From Pirellulaceae bacterium (GTDB taxonomy: Bacteria > Planctomycetota > Planctomycetia > Pirellulales > Pirellulaceae), in contig JAUMAK010000005.1 of the NCBI GenBank assembly GCA_032116735.1, positions 12,418 to 76,417 on the forward strand: a DNA stretch of 64,000 nucleotides. The letters run 5' to 3'. Under the pieces are notes generated by a model that did no database searches, had not been told where the DNA came from, and was given only the letters and a program-made list of their open reading frames with translations. This document shows, piece after piece, positions 47,530 to 56,545 of this stretch (within the stretch, counting starts at the first letter, position 1; every line of letters begins with the position of its first letter). The position numbers and the translations under genes were made by a program.

Positions 47530-47862
47530 GCCCAGCCGCGCGACTTGCCGATCGGCATCAGCGGGGTGATCCCAAACGATTTTCGCCTTGGCGGCGGGTC
47601 GAAAGATCCGTCGCCAATCGTTTAGGCGAACCACTTCTCGCCCTCATCGATTGTCGGCCAAGCCGATGGCGAGAGCTTGTTCGCGCATCCGCGGCCTGCC
47701 ACCGCTGCCGGAGGGCGGAGTTGCGACGAAAAGACCGGTCGTCCCGTTTGTCATGATCGAGGCCGGCGAAGCGGTTGCTAGCAAACTTCTACCCCCGTAA
47801 CCGCCGATCAATAGTCTGAAACTCGGTCGTCCTCCCCTCCTCCCGAACCGTAGTCTTTCCCA

Positions 47863-49155
47863 ATGTTCGTCATTCGTCGTGGCGGCTGTCCCCAAAGCGG
47901 GGCTGCCTCCCTCCTGGTCCGAATCGGGTCAGGTCATCGATCGATCCTCCGCCGTGCCACCTGGCGTGCGATCTGCGCGGCGGCCGTCTCTGCCTGTTGC
48001 TGCGCCCCTGTTTTGGCCCAAACTTCGGATGATGTCGGCGTAGGGAACGTTGCCGTCGGGGGCGAGGTCGCGGTTGGAAGCGGAGCTCTGTTCGGCGGGA
48101 ATCCGTCCGACGATCTCGAGTCCAGCGCGGGGGCACCGACGACCGAAGCGGTCGATTCACAGCGTGAGGCGGTCTACGAAGAGTTGGCCGAGGAATTCGC
48201 CTTGGTGGATCGCTTGGGTAACTTGGTCAAGCGGGTCGCGGCATTGGTCAAGCCGAGCGTCATCCACATCGAAGCGCGGAAGTTGGAGCGGAACCGCGGG
48301 CGGAGCGAGGCTTTTGACGAAGCCGGTGCGGGGGTCGCGATCCGACTCGCGGGTCAGACGTGGATCCTGACCAACCGGCACGTGATCGCGGGGGCCGAGC
48401 CTGCCGAGATCTCGATCCAAACGAGCGACGGGCGAAAGTGTCATCCGTTGCAGGTCTTCGCCGACCCGAGCACGGATGTTGCGGTGATGCGAGTCGACAT
48501 CCCGATCGCCGTCGCAAAGGTCGGTAACAGTTCGTCAGCCGAAATCGGTGATTTCGTTATCGCGATTGGCAGCCCCTTCGGGCTAAGCCACAGCGTCACG
48601 TTCGGGATCCTGAGTGCCCGGGGGCGACGCGACCTGTCTTTGGGGAGCGAGCGGATCGATCTTCAGGATTTTTTCCAGACCGATGCCGCGATCAACCCCG
48701 GGAACAGCGGCGGTCCGCTGATCAACCTGCGAGGCGAACTGATCGCGATCAACACCGCGATCGCCAGCAGCGGCGGCGGCAGCGAAGGGATCGGCTTCGC
48801 GATCCCGATCGATATGGCGGTCCGCGTCGCCGAAGAATTGATCTGCCACGGCAAATTGCGACGGGGTTATCTCGGGGTGACGCTTGACCCGGAATTCTCA
48901 CCCGCCGAAGCGGTGCGGCTATTGGGTTCGCCCCATGGCGCCTTGGTGAAGGATGTTCGGGCCGGTTCCCCGGCAGACTTGGCCCACATCCGCCGCGGCG
49001 ACGTGATCATCGAATTCGATGGAGAACCGGTCGAAAGCGATGACCATTTGGTGACCCGGGTCGGACTGGCGCCGATCGATCGCGAGGTCCCTCTGGTCAT
49101 CTCAAGGAATGGCCAAAAGTACCGAACCGCGCTGGTCGTTACCCCGATGCCCTAA
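47863..49155 (+). CDS. htrA: HtrA/DegP family serine protease with one PDZ domain
   Basis: 430 aa with a signal-like N-terminus. Catalytic triad contexts TNRHVI (His), DVAVMRV (Asp), GNSGGPLINLRGELIAINTAI (Ser). C-terminal PDZ (RGYLGVTL...GDVIIEFDG). Confidence 0.88.
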   Translation: MFVIRRGGCPQSGAASLLVRIGSGHRSILRRATWRAICAAAVSACCCAPVLAQTSDDVGVGNVAVGGEVAVGSGALFGGNPSDDLESSAGAPTTEAVDSQREAVYEELAEEFALVDRLGNLVKRVAALVKPSVIHIEARKLERNRGRSEAFDEAGAGVAIRLAGQTWILTNRHVIAGAEPAEISIQTSDGRKCHPLQVFADPSTDVAVMRVDIPIAVAKVGNSSSAEIGDFVIAIGSPFGLSHSVTFGILSARGRRDLSLGSERIDLQDFFQTDAAINPGNSGGPLINLRGELIAINTAIASSGGGSEGIGFAIPIDMAVRVAEELICHGKLRRGYLGVTLDPEFSPAEAVRLLGSPHGALVKDVRAGSPADLAHIRRGDVIIEFDGEPVESDDHLVTRVGLAPIDREVPLVISRNGQKYRTALVVTPMP

Positions 49156-49243
49156 CCGCACGGGGCGATCGGTCTGTCGTTCTTTGAAGGAACGGAGCCG
49201 ATCGATGGCAGTTTACCGCTTCGTCCGATCGCCGTGATCGCGA

Positions 49244-49849
49244 CTAAAGTTCGCCACGAACGACGGCGACCGCGACACCTAGGACCTTCGCCGATTTGAC
49301 GTAAATTGGCTTCATCTGCTTGTTCGCCGGTTGCAGCCGAATCCGGTTTTCTTCGGGGTGCCAATACTTCAGCGTCGCCTCCCCTTCGGCGGTTTGCGCG
49401 ACGACCATCTGGCCGGGTCGGGCTTTTTGCGCCGGCTCGATGATGACGTAATCGCCATCAAGGATGTGGGCATCGATCATCGAATCGCCCGAAACCCGAA
49501 GGACAAAGCGGTTTTCGCGGTAAAGGATTTGGCCCAAGTCGATCCGCTCTTCCTGTTCGAAGGCGAGCGTTGTCGGCCCCGCCGCGACCACCCCGGCCAT
49601 CTGCATCGCGTGCCGACTACGGTCGGCGGCATCGACCAATTCGATCGCCCGGCTCCGTTTTGCTTGGCGTGTGATCAATCCTTTCTTTTCTAACGCCCGG
49701 AGGTGACACATCACGCCGTTCGGGCTGCCGATTTGGAAATGCTCGGCGATTTCGCGGACCGTTGGACCGTAGCCGCGATCGACGATTAGTCCGCGGATCA
49801 TTTCGTAAACCGCACGTTGTCGGGTGGTCAGTGCTCGTGTTGGGGCCAT
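49244..49849 (-). CDS. lexA: LexA repressor
   Basis: ORF 49244..49912. Start moved to ATG 49849 (MAPTRALTTRQRAVYEMIRGLIVDRGYGPTVREIAEHF, winged HTH). Cleavage-site/peptidase S24 part has LRVSGDSMIDA (Ser) and ATLKYW (Lys). Confidence 0.9.
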   Translation of the reverse strand: MAPTRALTTRQRAVYEMIRGLIVDRGYGPTVREIAEHFQIGSPNGVMCHLRALEKKGLITRQAKRSRAIELVDAADRSRHAMQMAGVVAAGPTTLAFEQEERIDLGQILYRENRFVLRVSGDSMIDAHILDGDYVIIEPAQKARPGQMVVAQTAEGEATLKYWHPEENRIRLQPANKQMKPIYVKSAKVLGVAVAVVRGEL

Positions 49850-49948
49850 GGTTGGACCGAAGTCAGATCGAGGATGGTTGGGAGGGAATGTCAGGGCCCG
49901 CCGTTCCCGCAACCTCGGGCCCAGTCGGTATTCCTTTGTCTATTATCA

Positions 49949-50872
49949 CTAGTGACCTTCCCGGATGCCAGCCCCGGAGACGATTTCCTGAAAAAAATCA
50001 TCCCTTATCAGCCGAGTCGCCCCTAAGGCCTCGACCGGGACCATTGCCGCCACAGGGACGGCGGGGGCGGGCTGGGCGGCCGGGCGATCGACTTCGAGCC
50101 ACCCCAGCAAAGCGGCGACGATCACCAAGACCCCCACCGGGCCGCACCAGTAGGCGAACCAGTGGAGCCGATCTTTGCGGCTCCATCGCATCAACCACTT
50201 CAGGGCAACGATTCCCAGCAGGAACGAGATCGCCGCGCCGGCCACGAGCTTGACGACGTCGTCCCGACCGATCGTCTGTTCGCGAAGGTCGTCGAGCGCC
50301 AGGATTGTCGCCCCCGAAAGCGCCGGGATCGCGAGCAGGAAGGAGAACGTCACCGCGTCCGTTCCACGCAATCCCATCAACCGGCCGCCGAAGATCGTCG
50401 ATCCGCTCCGGCTGAGTCCCGGCAGGATTGCGCAAGCCTGGAAGCAGCCGATCAGCAGCGCCCCCTTCCAACTCAGATCGGCATATTCCTTTTCCCCGCG
50501 GTCGATCCGTTTCAACAGCAGCAGCAGCGAAGCCGTGACCAACAGCATGCAACCCGCCAGCACTGGGCTCTTCAGCAACCATTCCGCAAAGAGCTTCATC
50601 GGCAACCCGACGGTCACCGCCGGGAGCGTCCCGATGATGATCAGCGGGATCACCCTGCGGTCGCTCGTCAGGAGTCGCCAGATGCGTTGCCAATAAACGA
50701 CCAGGATCGACAGCAGCGTCCCCGTGTGGAGCAAAATCTCCACCACGGCGGAATCCGAAGCGTTCCCCAAGAGTCGTCCCACCAGCACGAGATGTCCGGA
50801 GGAGCTGATCGGCAAAAACTCTGCGATCCCCTGCACGATCGCCAGGATCACCATATCGAGCCATTCAATCAC
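49949..50872 (-). CDS. uppP: undecaprenyl-diphosphate phosphatase (BacA/UppP) with a ~45-aa C-terminal extension
   Basis: 307 aa. ILAIVQGIAEFLPISSSGHLVL and PGLSRSGSTI signature motifs. Multiple TM helices. Confidence 0.88.
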   Translation of the reverse strand: MIEWLDMVILAIVQGIAEFLPISSSGHLVLVGRLLGNASDSAVVEILLHTGTLLSILVVYWQRIWRLLTSDRRVIPLIIIGTLPAVTVGLPMKLFAEWLLKSPVLAGCMLLVTASLLLLLKRIDRGEKEYADLSWKGALLIGCFQACAILPGLSRSGSTIFGGRLMGLRGTDAVTFSFLLAIPALSGATILALDDLREQTIGRDDVVKLVAGAAISFLLGIVALKWLMRWSRKDRLHWFAYWCGPVGVLVIVAALLGWLEVDRPAAQPAPAVPVAAMVPVEALGATRLIRDDFFQEIVSGAGIREGH

Positions 50873-50881
50873 GGGAATCGA

Positions 50882-51769
50882 TTAACCGTTGTTGTGGAGG
50901 TTGGGGAAAAGGGCGGCGCCGCAGCCACGACAAAATCGTGCCTGCTCGTCATGCCCTTCCAGGAAACAGTGGGGGCAGGTCCGGTTTTGCCACTGCCGAC
51001 GCCGTTTGGAGTCGAACAGTTCGGCCGACACGAAACCGGTCGGGACGATGATCAGGCTGTAACCGACCAGTATCAGGATCGCCGAGACGCATTTTCCCAA
51101 GACGGTCTTGGGGACGACGTCACCGTAGCCGACGGTCGTCATCGTCACTACCGCCCAATAGATCGACTGCGGGATCGATGTGAATTGGGATTCGGGGTTG
51201 CCGAAGCTTTCGATCTCGTACATCAGCGCCCCCGAGACGGTGACCGAGATCCCGATGAACATCAGAAAGACAACGATCTTGCCTCGCGCCTCCCAGACGG
51301 CCTGAGCCAACCCTTCGGCGTCTGATGTCAACTGAAACATCTTCAGCACGCGAAAGACACGCAGCAGCCGAAACATCCGGACGATCGCGAACGAACCGCT
51401 CCCCATCAGCATCAGCTCGATCAGCGTCGGCAGTATCGACATCAGGTCGATGATCCCATAAACGCTCGTCGCATACCGCCGCGCGTCGCGGACGCAGTAC
51501 AGCCGCAGGACGTATTCCACGGTGAACAGGAGCGTGATGCACCACTCGGCCAACATCAGCCACCCGCCGTACTTCGCCTGAATCGGACGCACCGTCTCGA
51601 AACTGACGACCAACACGCTCAGAAGGATCAACACCAACAGCCCGATGTCGAATCGCTTTCCGGCCGGGGTGTCGGATTCGAAAATGATGTCATAAAGGCG
51701 AATCTTGAGCGGGTGTGCCGTCTCCTGGGCCGGGCGATGTTTCGTGGCGGGTTCGCTTGGTCGGGTCAT
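50882..51769 (-). CDS. voltage-gated K+ channel (6TM, Ion_trans type) with a C-terminal zinc-ribbon
   Basis: 295 aa. S4 has a basic residue every third position (RMFRLLRVFRVLKMFQL). Selectivity filter TTVGYGD. C-terminal CPHCFLEGHDEQARFCRGCGA. Confidence 0.85.
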   Translation of the reverse strand: MTRPSEPATKHRPAQETAHPLKIRLYDIIFESDTPAGKRFDIGLLVLILLSVLVVSFETVRPIQAKYGGWLMLAEWCITLLFTVEYVLRLYCVRDARRYATSVYGIIDLMSILPTLIELMLMGSGSFAIVRMFRLLRVFRVLKMFQLTSDAEGLAQAVWEARGKIVVFLMFIGISVTVSGALMYEIESFGNPESQFTSIPQSIYWAVVTMTTVGYGDVVPKTVLGKCVSAILILVGYSLIIVPTGFVSAELFDSKRRRQWQNRTCPHCFLEGHDEQARFCRGCGAALFPNLHNNG

Positions 51770-51786
51770 GACCGCTGGCGGGGTTG

Positions 51787-51817
51787 GGTGAAGGGTGAAG
51801 GGTGAAGGGTGAAGGGT
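51787..51817. repeat. tandem heptanucleotide repeat (GGTGAAG)x4 plus a partial copy, part of a run of six G-tracts (51780-51816)
   Basis: Read directly: GGGGTTGGGTGAAGGGTGAAGGGTGAAGGGTGAAGGGTT. It lies 11-48 nt upstream of the K+ channel start codon (51769, - strand). The G-rich strand is the template strand for that gene. Confidence 0.9.
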
Positions 51818-52053
51818 TCGGACGGACGATGGGTGATCTTTTTGCAGAGCAAAGTCTAGTCACAAACACGGGTTCGAGGTGAATCGATCGGCCGAGGGCG
51901 TCTCGCCCGACGTCGGCGGCCGTTATCTCGGACCATCTCGGGGGCAAAATCAGATCGAGCTTGCCGCAGCGACGCTTATTTGCGAAGCTCCCTGCTGGGC
52001 GGCAGGCGATCCCGTATTCGCATCCCGCCCCACCGTTTTTCAGCACCCACAGG

Positions 52054-53013
52054 ATGGCACGGAGGTCGGCGATGGTACGAGATCGGATGCGGTTGTGCGG
52101 CGGTTTGGCGCTGGTGCTGTTGACCCTGGCAATGACTCTCGGGGGGGCTGCTGCTGACCAGCCACAGGCCTCGCCTGCCAAAACCGCCGGTCAAGGAAAG
52201 GCCTCCCCGCCCCCCGAGGCTGATTCCCAAAAGGTCTTGCTCCGTTACAAGTTGGCCGAAGGGGAGTCGTTGCGATACGAGGTGACGCATGCCGCGAAGA
52301 CGCTGACCCGAGTCCGTGGCACCGAGCTGGCCGGTCAAGCCCACACCACCAGCGAGAAACTCTGGGCCGTTTCCAAGGTCGCCCAAGACGGCACCATGAC
52401 CTTCGTCCATTCGGTCGACTTTGTCGAAATGATGCAGCAGGAGGGTGACAAGGAAGAGCTCCGTTGGTCGAGCCGTTCGGGTGAGGCCCCGCCGATCCTC
52501 TTTGAAGCGGTCGCCAAACAGCTCCAAAAACCGCTCGTCACCGTGTCGATCGACCCCCGCGGTCAGGAGCTCACCCGCGAGCAGCACGGCGGCACGGAAA
52601 TGCAATTGGGTATGGGTGGGCTGACCTTGGCCTTACCCGAAGAAGCCGTCGCGATCGGGGCTTCCTGGAGTGTCCCACGCGAGATCAAGGCGCGTGACCC
52701 CGAGGGGAAGATCAAGGAGATCAAGGTCCGCGATTCGTTCACGCTCGAAAAGGTCCAGACCGGCGTCGCCACGATCCGGGTCCGAACCGAAGTCTTGACC
52801 CCGATCGAAGCGGCATCGGTCAAGGCGCAAATCGTTCAGCAACTGAGCAACGGCATGATCAAGTTTGATGTCGATGCAGGTCGGGTGCTCAGCAAAGAGC
52901 TCGATTGGGACGAGACGGTTGTCGGGTTTCAAGGCGAAAACAGCCTGATGGAATACCGCGCCCGAGTCACCGAGAAGCTGATCGACGGGCCGACTCGCAC
53001 GGCCAAGCGATAG
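52054..53013 (+). CDS. hypothetical secreted protein
   Basis: ORF 51961..53013. Start moved to ATG 52054 (MARRSAMVRDRMRLCGGLALVLLTLAMTLGGAAA, signal-like). Balanced beta-rich composition. No family recognised. Confidence 0.5.
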   Translation: MARRSAMVRDRMRLCGGLALVLLTLAMTLGGAAADQPQASPAKTAGQGKASPPPEADSQKVLLRYKLAEGESLRYEVTHAAKTLTRVRGTELAGQAHTTSEKLWAVSKVAQDGTMTFVHSVDFVEMMQQEGDKEELRWSSRSGEAPPILFEAVAKQLQKPLVTVSIDPRGQELTREQHGGTEMQLGMGGLTLALPEEAVAIGASWSVPREIKARDPEGKIKEIKVRDSFTLEKVQTGVATIRVRTEVLTPIEAASVKAQIVQQLSNGMIKFDVDAGRVLSKELDWDETVVGFQGENSLMEYRARVTEKLIDGPTRTAKR

Positions 53014-53026
53014 CCACGCATCCGAC

Positions 53027-54793
53027 CTAGTCGGCCGCGGCGGGATGTCCTTGCGAAGGACGCCAGTCGATAAGGTGGATCTCAACGTTTCGCTGGCCGG
53101 CGAATTCATTGATCACCGGCCGATAGGCGATATCGATCGGCCCTTGCACCGCGTTGAGCGAATCGCACCAATCGCCTTGGCCGAAGGCGACCCCGCGGAC
53201 TTTGACGTTGTGCTGTGTGAACCGGGCGCTGAGGTGGCGATCGCCACCTCCCATTCGCCGCGAAGGTTCGGCGAGCGTCACCTGGCTGCTGCAGAGAACG
53301 GGGCGAGGGTTCCCTTGGCCGAAAGGCGAGAGCTGTTCGATCTGGTTCATCGTCCGCAGGTTAAGTTGCCCCAGCGGTGTTTGCGCGTCGATGATGATCT
53401 CCGAGGCGGGTGAGTCGTCGGACATCTGCTTCGAAACGGCTTCGAAGAACTCTTGGCGGAAGGCATCGATCTGCTCGTCGGCGATCGTCAAACCCGCGGC
53501 CGCGCGGTGCCCGCCGTGGCGGATCAGGCGGTGTGTGCACTCGGACAGCGCGGTGAAGAGATCGATGTGTGGCGACCCCGCGCGCCCTGACCCGACCGCT
53601 GCCCGGGCCCCGCTGGGGTCTTGGCTCAGCACGATCACCGGCTTGCCATACTTGTCGGCCAGCCTCCCCGCGACGACCCCGATCACTCCTAGGTGCCAAC
53701 CGGCCCCGGCCAGCACCAAAGCCGGATCCGACTCGGGATCGAAATCGGTCGTCGCCGCTTTGCTCGCGGCAAGCTGTACCGATCGCTGCAACGAATCGCG
53801 GCTGACGTTGAGCTGTTCGATGTACTCGGCGAGCGATTTGGTACGCTCCCCCGCGGGTGAAGTCAGCAGCTCGACGGCGAGTTGGGCTTGGCCGAGCCGG
53901 CCGGCCGCGTTGAGCCGCGGGGCGAGCGAAAAGGCGATGTCCTCGCTCGACAGCGACGATTTCTCCGTCAGCTTCGCCAATCGCATCAGCTCTGCGATCC
54001 CCGGTGACGGTTCCGACTGGAGCGTCTTTAGGCCATGCAGCACCAGGATCCGGTTCTCGTCCAACAGCGGCACCATGTCGGCCACCGTCCCGATCGCGGC
54101 CAGACCGAGAGATCGCATCAGGAACGACCGCATCGCTTCGGTGACGCGGGTCGAACCGCTCGCCCGCTGGCACAATGCCCAGGCGAGCTTGAACGCGACA
54201 CCGGCCCCGCACAGGTCGCCGAAGGGGTAGTTCGATCCCGGCAGCCGCGGGTGGACGATCGCTGCCGCGTCGGGTAGCCGATCGGAGAACTGGTGATGAT
54301 CGGTGATGATCAGCTTCAGGCCGATCGATCGGCACGTCGCGGCCTGGTCGACGCTCGTGATCCCGCAGTCGACCGAAATGACCAGCTTGCGGCCGCGGCG
54401 GTAGAGCTTTTCGAGCGCCTCCGAGTTAAGCCCATACCCCTCTTCCAGCCGATTGGGAATGAAGTACTGGACGTCTGCCCCCAGCAGCCTCAAGCAATTG
54501 ACCAGGATCGCCGCGCCAGTCATGCCGTCGGCGTCGTAGTCGCCATAGACGGTGATCGGGTCACCGGCGGCGATCGCCTCGCCGATCACGGCGACGGCTT
54601 CGTTGACCCCAGGGAGTTCGCCGGGGTCGCGGAGCCCCGCGAGTTTCGCGTCGAGAAAGACTTTCGCGTCGTCCGGGCGATAGACACCTCGGCTGACGAG
54701 CAATTGGGCCACGACGGGGGCAACGCCGGCCGAACGGATCAACGAGTCGACCCGCCCCGAATCATGCGGCAAGAATCGCCACTGTTTCCGCAT
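53027..54793 (-). CDS. recJ: single-stranded-DNA-specific exonuclease RecJ
   Basis: ORF 53027..54817; preferred start ATG 54793 (MRKQWRFLP). DHH motifs VYGDYDADGMTG, VDCGI, IITDHH. DHHA1 has GGHRAAAG. Confidence 0.9.
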   Translation of the reverse strand: MRKQWRFLPHDSGRVDSLIRSAGVAPVVAQLLVSRGVYRPDDAKVFLDAKLAGLRDPGELPGVNEAVAVIGEAIAAGDPITVYGDYDADGMTGAAILVNCLRLLGADVQYFIPNRLEEGYGLNSEALEKLYRRGRKLVISVDCGITSVDQAATCRSIGLKLIITDHHQFSDRLPDAAAIVHPRLPGSNYPFGDLCGAGVAFKLAWALCQRASGSTRVTEAMRSFLMRSLGLAAIGTVADMVPLLDENRILVLHGLKTLQSEPSPGIAELMRLAKLTEKSSLSSEDIAFSLAPRLNAAGRLGQAQLAVELLTSPAGERTKSLAEYIEQLNVSRDSLQRSVQLAASKAATTDFDPESDPALVLAGAGWHLGVIGVVAGRLADKYGKPVIVLSQDPSGARAAVGSGRAGSPHIDLFTALSECTHRLIRHGGHRAAAGLTIADEQIDAFRQEFFEAVSKQMSDDSPASEIIIDAQTPLGQLNLRTMNQIEQLSPFGQGNPRPVLCSSQVTLAEPSRRMGGGDRHLSARFTQHNVKVRGVAFGQGDWCDSLNAVQGPIDIAYRPVINEFAGQRNVEIHLIDWRPSQGHPAAAD

Positions 54794-54921
54794 CCGCTGC
54801 CCCCCCCGATCCGACAAATTCGGGTCGATAAATTCGCGCCAATAAATCCAGACCGATCTACCCGGGCCTGCCGCCCGTTTCGGTCCGCTGGCGACGAATC
54901 GACACCCAGGAGATGGGGGAT

Positions 54922-55086
54922 TTACTTCTTCTTTTCGAGGTGCAGCGTGTGCCGGCGAAGGCGTGGGCTGTACTTCTTCAGTTGCAACTTCTCACCCCCC
55001 GGCTTACGGACGATGGTGTAGTTGTAATCTCCCGTCTCTTGGCAGACGAGGAAAACGGTTTCGGCTTTTTTCTTGCTCTTGGCCAT
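54922..55086 (-). CDS. rpmG: 50S ribosomal protein L33 (Cys-poor, zinc-independent type)
   Basis: Not in the ORF track (54 aa); translated by hand as MAKSKKKAETVFLVCQETGDYNYTIVRKPGGEKLQLKKYSPRLRRHTLHLEKKK. This matches the L33 pattern (..C.E.G..NY......P.KL.LKKY.P..R.HTLH.E.K). There is only one Cys, so it is the C-minus form. Confidence 0.85.
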   Translation of the reverse strand: MAKSKKKAETVFLVCQETGDYNYTIVRKPGGEKLQLKKYSPRLRRHTLHLEKKK

Positions 55087-55315
55087 GGCGAATCAGCTTT
55101 ACGATACGAGGGTCCGCCGGAAATCGGCTGGGACTTGATAATCCATCGGGTCGGGAATTATGCCGAATTGAACCCGTTTTCCGCAAGCCTTGAAGGGCCG
55201 GTTCCGCCGGACCGTTTTTTTGGTGCAGGGCTGGCGGGGGTTCGGACCCGCCTCCAAGACACGCCCGCCAAGGGGGCCTTGCTGCCGGAAGGAGCGGGTA
55301 AGGGGTGGACGAAGG

Positions 55316-56545
55316 TCAATTCTCGCCGCGACGGATCATCGGTCCGCTGAAATTGATCTGGAAGCGATAAATCCGCTTCAGGTCGCAGTGGATCTCACCG
55401 GTCTTGAGGTCGATCCGCTTGGGAATTTCGGCCCGATTCACGTTCGCGACCGCGCGAAATCCCCGCTCGGCGAAGACATCGATCACCATCGCCAGGGCCA
55501 GCGGGTTTTCGAACACGGTGTCCTCCGAATTGACAACCGCCATCCCCGCGATGGCGTGCCGCCTGACGATCGGCATGAAGCGTTCCTCGATCAGCTTGAT
55601 CACCTGCCGGAAGAGCTCGGTGTGTTCGAGCTGATAGCTGTCCATCCTTTTGACCAATTCTTGGCGGGCATGCAGGACGATCTCTGACGCCAACGGGATC
55701 CGCCGGACGGTGTCGTAAGTTTCGGGGTCGAGCTCCAGCGACGATTGGTAGGCCAGTTCCCTCAGGATGTTCTGTTCGACGTCGTGGATATCCCCTTGGG
55801 CGTTGATGAAGTGGTAGTGATAGAGTTCGCGGAGTGACTGCAGGGCATCCCAAGTCTTCTCTTTGAAGACGCGGTACCGCTTGCGGGCGGCCTCGGCGTC
55901 GAGGTCGGTCTCGCGTTCTTCCAGGAGGTCGGTCCCCCCTTCCGCCCGGACTTTAGCGTTGTATTCGGCGACCTCTCGGCCCCGTCGCAATTGCCGTTCG
56001 ATGCTCGTCTTCTCGTCGATGAAGAGGACCATCGCGTGGACCGTCGGCTTGCGGAAATTGATCGCCAGCGCCGTTTTGTGATACTCGCGGTAGAGCTGGT
56101 TCATCTTGTCGATGATCAGCTTGAGGCATTCGACCTGCACCCTCGTCCTGGGGAATCCGTCGAGGATGCAGCCGTCGCGATACTCGGGTTCGAGCAATTT
56201 TCGGAACAGGATCGCGATCACCTCGCGGTCACCCACCATCCCGCCAGCCTGTTTGACCCGTTCTGCCTCCGGGGTGGTCAGTAACGAGCTAACGACAATC
56301 GGCGGACAGGTCAGGCCGCGGGCCTTCGCGATGAAAGCGGTGTTGGTCCCCTTCCCCGCCCCGGGCGCCCCGCCCAACAGGATGATCTCCTTCGAAAACC
56401 TTAAATTCTCTCGACCGTACTCCGCCTCCAAGCCGCTCCAAACGTTGTTGAAAATGACCTGAGCGTCTTTGACCTCCAAATCCTCGGACTGGGGAGGGTT
56501 CTTGGTCGATTCGCCCACGGCGAGGGGAGGGTTGGAAGGGTTCAA
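55316..56545 (-). CDS. adenylate-kinase-like P-loop NMP kinase fused to an uncharacterised ~150-aa C-terminal domain
   Basis: 409 aa. P-loop ILLGGAPGAGKGTN, ILDGFPRT, and a LID/tail-like RRGRE...RETDLDAEAARKRYRVFKEKT...YHYHFINAQGDI. The usual NMP-site STGD.LR is replaced by VVSSLLTT. The C-terminal domain has no motif recognised. Confidence 0.6.
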   Translation of the reverse strand: MNPSNPPLAVGESTKNPPQSEDLEVKDAQVIFNNVWSGLEAEYGRENLRFSKEIILLGGAPGAGKGTNTAFIAKARGLTCPPIVVSSLLTTPEAERVKQAGGMVGDREVIAILFRKLLEPEYRDGCILDGFPRTRVQVECLKLIIDKMNQLYREYHKTALAINFRKPTVHAMVLFIDEKTSIERQLRRGREVAEYNAKVRAEGGTDLLEERETDLDAEAARKRYRVFKEKTWDALQSLRELYHYHFINAQGDIHDVEQNILRELAYQSSLELDPETYDTVRRIPLASEIVLHARQELVKRMDSYQLEHTELFRQVIKLIEERFMPIVRRHAIAGMAVVNSEDTVFENPLALAMVIDVFAERGFRAVANVNRAEIPKRIDLKTGEIHCDLKRIYRFQINFSGPMIRRGEN

